Below are positions 1-13,000 of a stretch of 40,366 bases of DNA, piece after piece. Under the pieces are notes generated by a model that saw only the letters and a program-made list of their open reading frames with translations, did not search any database and was not told where the DNA came from. The stretch lies in contig NMRA01000060.1 in assembly GCA_002633005.1 (NCBI GenBank), positions 848,918-889,283 on the forward strand, in the 5' to 3' direction. The stretch's first letter is position 1. Each line of letters opens with the position of its first letter. The DNA comes from Phoronis australis (lineage: Eukaryota; Animalia; Phoronida). The position numbers and the translations under genes were made by a program.

Positions 1-1080
1 CAATAAGCGTCCCCTCCCCGTGAAATGAATTTTTCTAAGCGTTTGTTTGAGCCAATACAGTATACAGCTTTCCACCAAGGCTAGGTGATGCAAGACATTA
101 TTACTTGTTCTTTGTTGCATTATAGTAACTGGTCTTGGCTAATTATGATTTTATGGCCTGGTCATCCATTCAGCCCAAAGTAGTTCCAGAGGTGGCTTAT
201 CAGCCAATTATTCACGCATGCTGACTCACAATAGAAGCCTGATAAGAGTGAAGGTGGATAAATGTGGTGTTCCTACAGTTTCTTGTTTTAGTGGATGTGT
301 TCACGACATGATAAAATGTCTTGACATATGCATGTGTTGACATTTCTCCACTAGCCATGTAAACAAAGCACTAAATAAAGCAATGAACATGTCAATTTAT
401 TGAACCAGTTGATCTTAAGCTATTAGAATTTGCCAGTTCTTCCTAAACCAAAAAAATCAATATGAATCTGATCAAGTACTGTCTGAGACTATTTTAAGTT
501 TGTGGAGGACTGTAGAAAATTGTTCAAACTTGACTAATTCTATACGATCATATCACAGCAACACCTGACTCAATTGGGATGAAACTTCAACATGCTATGT
601 TTAATGCACTATTCTCCAAAATGTTCCACTTTTGCATGAAGAGCTGACAAAAATGAGACTTTCATGGTTTTTATGAAAAAATCAAATCTTGCAGGAAACA
701 AAATACAAAATGATATTTTAGGAAACTTTAACTGCGTTGTTGAGATTGTGTCTTGGAATATTTATACCAAGTGAAATTTGGTCATGTTATTGATACTGTT
801 ATTTGTCTTGAAATGTTCCTTCGTTGGTTTTTCATCAAACTAAATTTTAGTAAAAAGACATAACAATTAATGACAGAATGGTATGAGGTTAAAAATCAGA
901 AGTGTACTTCAGGCTTTCTAATTTCAAAAAATATTTATTTTACAGACTTAGTTTCTAAAGTTTCTTGTTAATTTGACTAAATGTTGTTGATGAGTGGACT
1001 GGAGTTTTTAATGTTTGAGTTGTATTCTCAGACTATTAATTTTGAAATATGTACTAATTACTCATGACTGTTATTTCCAG

Positions 1081-4000
1081 GTTGCGAGCCATGTGTGTTT
1101 TGAATGAACAACTTGTTTATGAGGACGTGTACACAGAGGTTGGTATTCTGGCAGGACTGCTCTGTTGACAGCAATATGCCAACTGCCCCCTTGTAGAACG
1201 TGTTCACTTGGTCTATGGTTCAGTGTTCTGTATCATGTTGTGTACTGTTCAGCTTGTACATGTTTTAGATGAAGTTTTGAGAGACTTAATTCATGTGTGT
1301 GCACTCTAGTGTTCAGTTTTAATCAGTATGTGCCTGGCAATTTTGTTTGTGCATATTTACATGTTGTGGTTGATAGGAAATTTAAATTTAGACGCCCATA
1401 TTATTTAACATGGAAAGGTGGGAAAGTCTCTTTGAGTTTTTACTGTTTCTGCAGTAATTCATTTTCTCCATATTAAATATTTTTCAGAAATTTGGCCACC
1501 TTTTAGGCTTGTGTCAGGACCCCCTGAAGGGCATCATATGGACATACACTGACCAGTGTGTTTTTAAGTACAAGTTGGTGAAAGAGTCCAGGTATAACAA
1601 CACATGAAGTTGGTCATTGTTGACATATTGCACACCAGCTAAACTCAGTTTTAGGGCTTAAATATTCTCCAGATATTGTGCAGGATGTCACATTAAACTT
1701 AACATACTCACGACAAAAACAACTGAGTATGTGTACTGTAATAATCCTGTTACTGTGTCGTTGTGCTAACATTTTTTTTTTCTTGGTTTCAACTTCAAAG
1801 CTGCTAACATGTCGTTCAACGTGATCATTGAACACGTGTCTTTTGGGGAGATCATAGGTCACATGACTTTCAGCGTGATCTTATGTGAAATGTCTGTTAG
1901 TGTTGATCATTGCTCACTTGTCCCATCATTATGTTTGGTTGTTCCTTCAATTAATTATGTCATCCCAAACTCAACTCTTCTCTTTGTTGGGGTAGAAGAA
2001 CGCATTGTTTGGTTGAACTAGTTTTTGAATGGTAAGCTCGTTAACATACTTCTGAGCCAAATTGTGCATTAGTGAAGAAAGCTTTATCATGCTCCACTCA
2101 GCGTTTGAAATTGTTTATATGCATTTCAAAGCTTTATACCTAATGGATGACAATTAAGTGATTAGCATGGCAATTGTGAGGGTCAGTGTCCTACGCAGGA
2201 GCTGGAGTATTGTGGGTAAATATGGAACATCACAGAGGGCTCGACGTGGCTACGGGCAAAGTGCCCGGAGTCATATGTGCATTAGTTCAGTCTGTCATTC
2301 ACTGTGCATCCTTGGTTTGTTGTAGGGACGTTTGGCAAATGTATTTGGATAAAGGCCAGTTTGAGTTAGCTTTGGCTTATGCAAAGGTAGGAACTACCAG
2401 CAACAGTATTTCATATCAGTATTATCATCAGCTTTGTTCTCAATGGTTATATTGGTCACAACTCTAGTTGCGAGCTACGCTTGCCTCATTTACTACAATC
2501 ACTTCGCTAAGTGACAGGTCAATACATTCAATACATTGTTTGCAATTTATGTGAAATGTAAAGTTCAGGGGTCAGTATTCAATAAGTGGTCTCTTCGCAT
2601 AGAGTGACACTGCAAATTTTACACAATGTGGATGACACTTGTATAATAAAATGTATATTGAATCCATTTAATCTCATGTGTGCACATTATATGTTTTTCC
2701 TTTCTGTCTTTGTGTAGGACAACCCTGTTAATAAAAACACAGTGTTCACAAAGCAAGCTGAGCATTACTTCACTGAAGGACAGTAAGTTGTTCCTTAGAA
2801 TTATCCTATAACATTGATCCTTGTTATTTTATCCAGGCATGCTTATTTTTCTCCATTTCTTGGCCACACGTGACTCACTTAGTCTGACACGATGCCGTTA
2901 CATCTACTGTATGTTGGAACCAAGTGCTGGTCAAGCATGACATCAACTCTATGTCAATCACTCAGTATAAGGGTGTTACCGTACTTAACACTTAGCTATA
3001 ACCCCACCTTCCAGCACATTTTTATTTTGACCTTTCACCAGTTATGACATTAGTTTTAAAATGTGCCATAGTCAAAATTGGTGTGATTGTCAAGCTTGAA
3101 AATCACTGACTGGATTAATGCTCGAGACGTTCTATAAGTTAAGTTGTCATGGCGTGTCGTTCTATAAGTTAAGTTGTCATGGCGTGTCGTTCTATAAGTT
3201 AAGTTGTCATGGCGTGTCGTTTTGTCTGCCAAGCAATAACCAAAAATCATCACTTCTCATCTTGGTAAATAGGAACAAGTTGAGACCACTTTGTAACTGG
3301 TCTAAATCAAAATTTAGTTTTTCGGAAGGCAGGTCTTTACTAAGTTAAGTTCTATAGCTCTAGATATTTGTCTGAATGCCGAGCATTGTTGATCAGGTTT
3401 TACCTAACCTTAACATTGTCGATAGTGTTTGTGTAAAACAGATCGTTCAATATTGTTGCTGTTTCCACAAATTTACAAACATTCTTTCCTGTTCGCTGTT
3501 CCTCAGATGTGTACAAAAATGTTGATATTTTTATAGACAGTGATTTATTTATATGAAACTGCATGTATGCGTTAGCCATGACGAAAGTACCAAATGTTCC
3601 TGTCATCAAATCAGGTCATATTAAACTTGTTCGTTGTTTCATCTTATTTTAACAATTTGGAAAGCATTTGGTAAAAGCATTGAATTTTTTTCATTTCGCA
3701 TCACCATTTTTAAGACTCCAAAAGTACATGGGAGTGGCGAGTCTCAAGTCATCCCTCTCTGAGGCGTATGTTTTTTCACCTCAGGAACAATTCCAGTGTT
3801 GACATTATGATTTATGAATTGATTAACTGGAATAACATTGAAGATCACATTAGCAGTGTTGAAAACTCAGTTTCATCACACATATGAAACGGTTGATACT
3901 GGACTGATCTGTTTTCAATTCAAACATAACTGTTTTCATTTCAATTTTTCCAAGGTATGAAAAAAGTGCCCTGCTGTTTGCTAGTACACAGAATTCATTT

Positions 4001-7000
4001 GAGGAGATTGTCCTCAAATTTATCAAAGTTGAAAAGAAGGATGCATTGAAAATCTTTCTTCACAAGAAGCTAGACAGTTTCAGAGCTCAGGTAAGCACAC
4101 CAATCTCTATCACATCCACAGAAACTTTTTTAAAATTTTGAGACTTTTAAATCTATTCTGTGCATGTAGTGTTCATACTTTCCGTCTGAAAAAGTCAATC
4201 ATGAAGCATGTGCACAGTTAGCATTATTGTATTGTGATACTATGAGTAACAGGCATAGTCTCATTCTGAAGCATGTGCACATTTAGCATTATTGTATTGT
4301 GATACTATGAGTAACAGGCATAGTCTCATTCTGAAGCATGTGCACAGTTAGCATTATTGTATTGTGATACTATGAGTAACAGGCATAGTCTCATTCTGAA
4401 GCATGTGCACAGTTAGCATTATTGTATTGTGATACTATGAGTACCAGGCATAGTCTCATTCTGTAGCATGTGCACAGTTAGCATTATTGTATTGTGATAC
4501 TATGAGTACCAGGCATAGTCTCATTCTGAAGCATGTGCACAGCTAATAGCATTATTGTATTGTGATACTATGAGTATCAGGCATAGTCTCATTCTGTAGT
4601 TATTTCAGGTACTTTAGTTTTGAGGGGGGTTTCATAAGTTGTGCATGAAAGGGGGAAGCTTCCTCCCAGGTTGTGCAGCTTTGCTACTGTGTCACTCGTG
4701 GATTTTAATTTGCTGTTTGAGGTGGAAGCTGTTTGAAGGCACTCAGTGCTGTAAGTAGAGGAGTAGGACTACTCTTTTGTCTGAATAATGAAATAGGAGG
4801 TGGAAATTAGCAATTCCTGTCATGAAACCTGTACTTGTTTACAGCCAGAATTATATTGGATTTGAAACCTTTCTGACAGAAACAAATCAATGCGACAGGT
4901 TAAAAATATGTGTAAATGTGTGAATGTATGAAAAATGAGAGTTTTTGTCTACTAGAGAAACTTTGTTGAAAATTTTTTCAAGAAATGTTGTAGGTACCTT
5001 GTAGGTATCATTCCGTTGTAAATGTTTCCCACTATTCATTTTGTGTGGTTAGTACAACTGCAACCGTAACAATGTGCACCCTCCTGCACATGGGCTCAGG
5101 ATGTTGCTGATGCTGATTACAGACCATGACTTTGAGTATTCTGATGGAGAAAACTTTTAAGTGTTGAGCGAAACCTTCATAACAGGGTAATGCTTTTCCG
5201 TAAAGGCCATGCAAATGTGATAACTTTGTTACTGATTTCATAGACTTTCCTAATGGTTTTGATCACGTTGTTACAGGATCAAACCCAGATGACTATGATT
5301 ATCACATGGCTAATAGAGATTTACCTAAATGAGCTGGGGAAATTGAAGGAACAGGGCAAACCCATGAACGATTCTTATGAGAAACTGCAGAAGGAGTTCA
5401 GGGACTTTTTAAATCATCAAAGAACAAAGGTACCGTTGTGAGTTATTCATTACCCATTAGCTTTACAGTAACTTGCCTGGTAGTTCTTAAAGTCGAATTT
5501 CTGCTGGTGCTCTCTCACTTTACTGTTGAAGGGAGCAATGTGAAGGCTTCAAATACAAACAAATGGAAATTCCAGGCACAAATTGTTGCCTAAATTTCTT
5601 GAATCAAATAATGCTAAATAGTTCAATTCAAAATTTGAAACTCTAATTTTACCTTATCAAGTTTAGACAAATCGCAATGAAGAAGTCAGTGGGAGTGCTG
5701 AGAAGAATCTCCACCGAGAGCTTGCTGAACAATTATTGTTCAATTATTTGAACTCATCATGAGTTCATGTTTGTACTTGGTACTTTTATTTGGCGGCTTT
5801 CTCATGATTATTAGACTTGGCCATTGGCTCATAGTTGTTAGACTACTAGCTATGTTGCTCAGCGCTTATGTAGATCACGATGAAAACATCCAGATGCAGA
5901 CTTTGATCTCATTACCTAGCTTCTCATCTTCATTTTGTCAGGATTGTGTCAACTACAGCCGCAGCACTGTGTATGACTTGATAGCCAGCCACGGTGACAT
6001 TGCAGACATGATATTCTTTGCAATGATTATGAAAGGTAGGCCTTATTTAGGGAGACTCATGACCTCAAGTAGCATCCATTTAGGTAATCACAACACCATT
6101 TTAGTTACCTCCAATAATGATTCAGAAACAGATTGCATACTGGAGCTTTTATTTCTTTCTGATGATAATGAGCAAAGACCAAGCCACTCTCCAGGTAGCC
6201 TGTTGGTTGAACTGTCGAACGATTCCACCATTGCTGTAAGAGTGTTAATCATGTGTGATTCATCAACCAATGTACTGTCTAGTAAGTGAATGTACCTTGC
6301 TCTTGATAATGACTCTGTTATTGGCAAAACAACTGTAAAAAGACTTTGGACAAATATCTTGCTGCATCCAATGTTCTTTGCATCACCATGCTTAATCAGT
6401 ACAGTAGGCTTCAAAATAAAGTGGACGACGTTGAAGTTATGATACTTAAACAACATGCAACTGAATTAATTCCATTTCTTCTCAGTTAATCTCCATTTCA
6501 GTGGGTGGGTTTTAGAAATATGCAAACACTAACGAGATTACGTCACAGCCAACAATGGCATGTATGATACGGAAAATATATATGTGTGATAATTCACGTT
6601 CAAGTCGCTTTGTGAAACTTCCCCAGTGTACACAGAATTACTGAGAAAGGGCATGGACACCCGCACAATATGGACTTTTTTGATTAGTTTGTTTTTGTCC
6701 ATTGAGGTTTTGTGGTATGTTAGAGGAGACATGGATTTGTATATGGAGTCCCTTTTTCTTTTCATATACTATTGAAATGAATAAAGGTTCAGCAGAGATA
6801 TCCCCAGTTTCAATCACAATTTTTTTTAAGTTACAGAATTTTATTTGTGTGGCGGGACGGCCTCTAGCCGTTAGTGCGAGTCACTACTCATATTCTGATG
6901 TCCATTGTGACATCTACTTGAAGCTATTTGTTGGCTTGTCATTGATATGCAAATGTCCATGTGGGCTCTCTAGAGACCACACTTCACAAACTCCGATTCA

Positions 7001-10000
7001 AGACTCACTCAAACCACGAGATCTCCAGAGAACCAGCATGGACATTTGCAAGGTCTTTTGAGATGCATTGTGGGATTTTATTTTTGACTACTTTATTACA
7101 AAAGAGTGAAGTTAGCCAAAAGATTTATATTTAAGGAAAAGATAAAAATTACTAATTTAGACATATTTGCACCCTTCCACATATTGAATGTTAAAGCAGG
7201 GCTTGTATATTCACTGTCAAGTGAGTTCAGCATGTATTTTCCAGATTATGAAAGAGTCATCAGTCACTACATTCAACACGACAATTTCAAGGAGGCCCTT
7301 CATATCTTGACCAAACAGAGTGATGTTGGCCTTGTCTACAAGTTTTCTCCCCTGCTCATGCAGAATGTTCCCAAGGAGACAGTTGATATGTGGATCCAGC
7401 TGAGAAATAACCTTGACCCTAAGAAGCTCATTCCAGCTCTGGTGCAGTTTGACCAAAACAGAAGCAAGGTAGTGATGAACACGTGACACCACCACTAGGG
7501 GGAGGGTTGGGGGTCTCCTGTATTATCTTTAACATTGAGACATTAAAATGTCTCAAGTTTTTCTGCTTGAATTCAAATCATTCCCTGCTAACTAGAACTG
7601 TTGGTTTGTGTAATGTAAAACATACAAGGTTATCCACAATGGAAGAGTCCAGTTGACTGGCTGGGTTTATGAAGAAATTCTTTGTTGTTGTTGTCGTTGT
7701 TGCATGCAAATTTATCATTTTTCATTCGTGAGTGTCTCTACATAAATAATATAAATTGCATTTCCAGGGCAACGAGGCTATCCGTTACCTAGAGTACTGT
7801 ATCCAGTACCTGAACAACCGAGACCAAGCCATACACAACTACCTACTGTCACTGTATGCCAAGCTGCAGCCAGATAGACTTATGACCTACCTGGACCTTC
7901 AGTCAACTGTAAGTGTACATATGAAGCCATGAGAATGTACTGACTGTAAGAATATAGGAAGGCAACTGGGTAACAGTGGTCCAATTAATTTGTAAGAGGG
8001 TTAGAATTTTTGCTTTAGTATACACAGCTTTTCTACACAACTGAGTACCACTAATTTCTTTATGCAGTATGAAACTGTGAACTACTCTCATTGTGATTTC
8101 GTCTTGAAAATCTTAAAGATATCTCAAACCTTATCCGCAAAAAGTATATATTTTTTGATATGTCATATGTGTCTAGCAAAATACCTTATCTTCATTCTCG
8201 AGGAACAACTTATACGAAATATATACCTTGTAACAAGAAAAAACATTTACACCTTGGAATTGTACAAGGGTGTGGAATTTTTTTACTCCTTATCCGAGGT
8301 CAAAGGTTATGGGATTGTCACTAAAATCGAATCTCCCGCCAGACACAAACCAGCTCCGTATGTACCCTCAGTCCTTTCATTTACCAAGTCGCCATAATAT
8401 TGCGTCAAAGACGTGTACATATGCCTGGGAAAACGAAGGCAAAATGTAGCTTTGATCCCACCATTGAGAACGAATGCTTTGAGTCGCCTCACACCTCTTG
8501 TAACTTTGTGTCCACAAACACAGACGGTCAGCAAGTTGTGCAAATATATAAATCCTCACTCAAATTCCTTAATTCGGGTAATTTGACCTTTTGTTGTTTC
8601 GATCTTGTGCTCACGACGTCCTGAAACCTCTGAAATGATTTCCGTATCCATTTCGTACTTAGGTTTCATATAAGTCTCCCATTGCGTGATTTGTCTAACG
8701 ATGAACTGTTTCTGTTTCTGTTTCTGTGGTGACGTCTGAGTGTAGGCACCGGGATAGTCTCTGGCCCTCCTCCGTCCAGTATTGCACACAATGTAAATTT
8801 GGAGATGCAACCAAGTTCGTACTGGTTACACACTCTTTGATCTTTTCCCCTGATACAAGTTTTTGTTGCATCTTCGTATTGCCATCCTCGCTCTGTGAGG
8901 CGCTTTGTTGCCCATCTCTCCTGCTGTTGTACAGTCTCGGCATCTGTAAGGGATTCACGCACTCTGGAGATTATATCTGTTGGTGTGAGGAGCAGGTCGG
9001 CATTCGGTTCTGCAATGCCTGCAAGCTCATCTGCCTTGACATTGAATGAGATGCCACAGTGTCCTGGTATATAAACACTGGTGAAGAGACCATTAATAGA
9101 GCTGAACAGAGGGATCCAGGAATCTTTCACATGACCAGTTTTTAGTTTTATGAACTGTTGACCTACTTTAAAGTGGACCACAATGCTCCAGCTTGACCCA
9201 CTTAACATGTTGGCTTTGCCTGTGACCTGACTGGACTCATGCCTTTGATGTTGATGTGGTTTAAATTAAACTTTTTAATGATGATTGAGTTAATTAAGGA
9301 CAGGCTGTAAGTTCCGATGACATGAATGTTGAAGTACTGAACATGGCTATAGGGTGTATGGATTATATTAACTAAAGACCTTGAGACTTTCACCTCTCAC
9401 GATTTAGTCGGCTTTTTCTCGGCTTCGGCAAATGTACTTATAATTTGAACTTGGGAACACAAATTCTCGAAAATGGCTTGATGAATTTCGCTGAAACTTT
9501 CCAAACATAATATTTATTCATCAATCTTAAACATTCTTCAATATAAATACCTATTTTTTGCGTAATGTAGCAAAGATAATTATGACTTCTAGTTTTTACA
9601 AAAATACTTTACGTTTTGCGAGTTGATTCAAACGAAAAGGCTAATCGAAAATTCCTAACAGCATTTTTGAAGTAACTGGTGAAGTTTTTATTTAAAAAAG
9701 GTTTACTTAAAATTGACCGAGGGGTTATTTTGCTATGAATGTACCTTTTTTAAACGTGGAATTTTGACTTTAAAGAGGTGTTAATGTAATAATGATAATG
9801 ACAAATAAATATAAAACACAACTTTATACTCCCTGATCTTTTTTTTCAGAAAATTATACTTTCACTTGTTGACCAAGCCTAGATTTTTTGATATACGGGT
9901 TAGAAAATGCTACTCACTAAAGGCTACTCACTAAAGTTTGAGATAACCTTAACAATACAGCAACCAAGACAGTTTTGTTATGAAACTCTGTGACATGCTA

Positions 10001-13000
10001 ACAGTCTGGCTTGCTGATTGTGTTCCATCTTTAGTAGTACACTCAATGTTTAGTCTGTACCATACAAGTATTGTTTGCGTAGGATCCCGAGGAAGTGTGC
10101 TATGATGTCAAGTATGCTCTAAGACTGTGTTCTGAGACTCACCACCAAAGGGCATGCGTGCATATCTACAGCACTATGGGACTGTATGAAGAGGCTGTGG
10201 AGTTGGCACTCAAGGTAACCAGCTGTCAATCATACTTCACTGTGGGAGGGTTATTAAATATGCTGCAGGCACTTCTGTGGTGCTTGGTCTTAAAATGGGT
10301 GTGTACAGTTGGCATGTTTATTTGTTTTAGTTAGCTCACCACAAGTATTGGTGGCAGAAGGCTTAAATGAAAACAAAGTTTATTTATAGCTGTCTCAAAA
10401 GTTTGTGCCTTTAGTTCCATTGTTGTCCATCAATGTTGACGATTGTTCATTTCCATTCAATGTTTTTAGTAAAGGAAGGGACGAGGTCAATAAATATGTG
10501 TCATGTCAGTGGTAAGAACAGAAGAACCTTACTTTTGTTTTTCAGGTTGATGTTGATTTGGCCAAGGTCAATGCTGACAAACCTGAGGATGATGAAGATT
10601 TGAGGAAGAAACTTTGGTTGAGAATTGGTAATTATTTTTAAATTTAATTAAAATGTAATTTAGTACTTCTTCATAATCAAAATAGTCCGAGGGCCTACAT
10701 TTTAGCTTCTTTGAAATTTATATTTCTAAGTTGTCTTTTATTCTGTAACCTGCAGGTGCAGAACGTAGTTGTAGGAATGTAGCAAGCAAGACCTGCCTGT
10801 AGCTGGATAGGTCCATAGTAGGAACGAACAAGTTATAAAATGTTCAGAGTGCATTTGTACATGCGTATGACCCATAGAAAGGATGAAATCATTAGATTAC
10901 CAGCCATGTCACCCCTAGTCATCACAAATCTCAACACTTCCCCCTGCGCTCACCAGTCGTCGTAAAGTGCAAAATCTATATTGCCACCTCTTGTGACCCC
11001 CTCAGTCATTTCAACTGACATTTAAAACTGATACTGATATTGAAATAATGGGACACCACTATGTCTTTGGTATTGAAATAATGTGACATCACTATATCAC
11101 TGATATTGAAATTATGTGACATCACTGCATCACTGACATTGAAATAATCTGACACCTGTTGTCACTGATACTGAAATAATGTGACTTAACTACATCTCCA
11201 ACATTTAAATAATGTGACTTTTGTTGTTGTACTACAGCTCGTCACGTTGTTGAAGAACAGAGGGACATCCAGCGAGCCATGGAGTTCTTACATGAGTGTG
11301 ACCTGCTAAAAATTGAAGACATTCTGCCCTTTTTCCCAGACTTTGTCAAAATTGACCATTTCAAGGTAAGAAGCAGTTGGCTTGCATATCTATTGATCCA
11401 AAATAATTTCAAAAACTTAAGGTGACACATTCTGTTTCAAACATGTTTAATTGTCTGAAAAAATCAAAATCAAAAAACCAGGTCACTTCTCCTAATGAAA
11501 TCCATATTGAAATTTTTGTTATCATGATAAAAGTTTATTTCTGTGATAGGATTTTGTTGCAGTCGCAGATCAACTCTCAATTGAATATTGAAATTAATGT
11601 TGTTATGATGAGGAAAGCTGTAAGTCCAATATGATTGGCTGCATAATCATAATTCTTGATCTTATGTTATTAAAGCAGTAAATGGATGAGAAGTGCAGTG
11701 AAGATAAACTGATCAGACTATAACATCTCCCTCTGTCAGACATATGTAGCAGCCATTTTGCTTTTGATGCGTATATGTGAGTGGGAGGCACAATCCTTAA
11801 GTGGTAAAGCACAACTAATTCTCTTTATGGACAAAAATCTTATCTTGATGAGGTTCAAGCAAGATCAATTTTAATCCAAAAGTTGGCTTTCTGGACCCTT
11901 GTTTGACTTCTCATGCCACTGCTTCTGATAGTTTTACATTCATTGTGTGCTCTACACACCTATACGGCACTGACCACTTCTCTTGTATTAATTTTATCTG
12001 TTTTTAGCTACTTTGTCTTTTTAGGTGTTGCTCAGTTTTTAAGTTGTAATCTATTTCTGTATGCTTATTTTTGTTTTTATGTTTGAAAGAACTGTTGATG
12101 GTATGTTGTTTTGCTTAGGTGTGCGCTAAATGATACACCTGGTTCTCAAAGTTATGTTTGAGTCTGGGAACAGTCAACAAGACTAACTTATTCAATAAAG
12201 TGCGTTGTCTACCATATATGCCATTTCCACTGTGAACTCCTAAACATTACCCATGCTGCTTTGTGTGAGCAGTGGCGCCACCTTGGTGAATGATTTACAA
12301 GTTGCTATCAACAATTTCTATTGATTAAAATAGGCAACAATGTATGGGAAAATATGATGAATGTGGTAGTACCAGTAGGAAAACATGTAAAAGTATTCAA
12401 GAAATAAAAATGACTTGTTATATTTCAAATGTCAATTTCTCTATTGCAGGAGGCCATCTGTCAATCACTTGAAGAGTACAACCAACACATTGAGTCTCTG
12501 AAAGTAGACATGGATGATGCTACACAGAGCGCTCAAGAAATCAGGAGTGATATCCAAACATTCAGAAACAAGTAGGTCACAGAGACAGTTATGGTGCAAA
12601 GTTAGCGCAGTATGTGACACAGTAATCATGATCGTAGTGTGAAGAGTTTGGCTCATTCATTTATTTACAAGTGTGAGAATAGATTACTGACTGCTACGTA
12701 ACATTCTTCTTTTAATTACTAACATTGCACTCAATGTAACTTTTATGTGATGTTAGTCATGTGACTGGAGTGATGCTCATTTGTTGATTCATAAATTAAA
12801 AGAAGTTTTAAACTTGTTGTAATCTTCTGCAGGTTCGCCTTCATCAAGAATGATGACAAATGTTCTGCGTGTGGTTTCCCACTGTTGACACGAGGCTTCT
12901 ATCTGTTCCCATGTAACCACAGATTCCACATCGACTGTCTCATATCAGAGGTGAGGAAAGCTGCTTCAGACTCTGGATTCAGAAGTGAGGGGAGCTGCTT

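Noticed and set aside
3056-3348. ORFs with 10-aa repeats
   Set aside because: They are translations of the 30-bp intronic tandem repeat.
4202-4599. CRISPR-like regular repeats
   Set aside because: The units are contiguous with no unique spacers, and they lie in a eukaryotic intron.
5759-6456. 176-aa (+) and 122-aa (-) ORFs
   Set aside because: Only 5942-6035 is a VPS18 exon. The rest is intronic read-through with no recognisable motif.
8666-9208. 180-aa ORF as a nested host gene
   Set aside because: It crosses both TSDs of a LINE fragment and its microsatellite tail, so it is chimeric.
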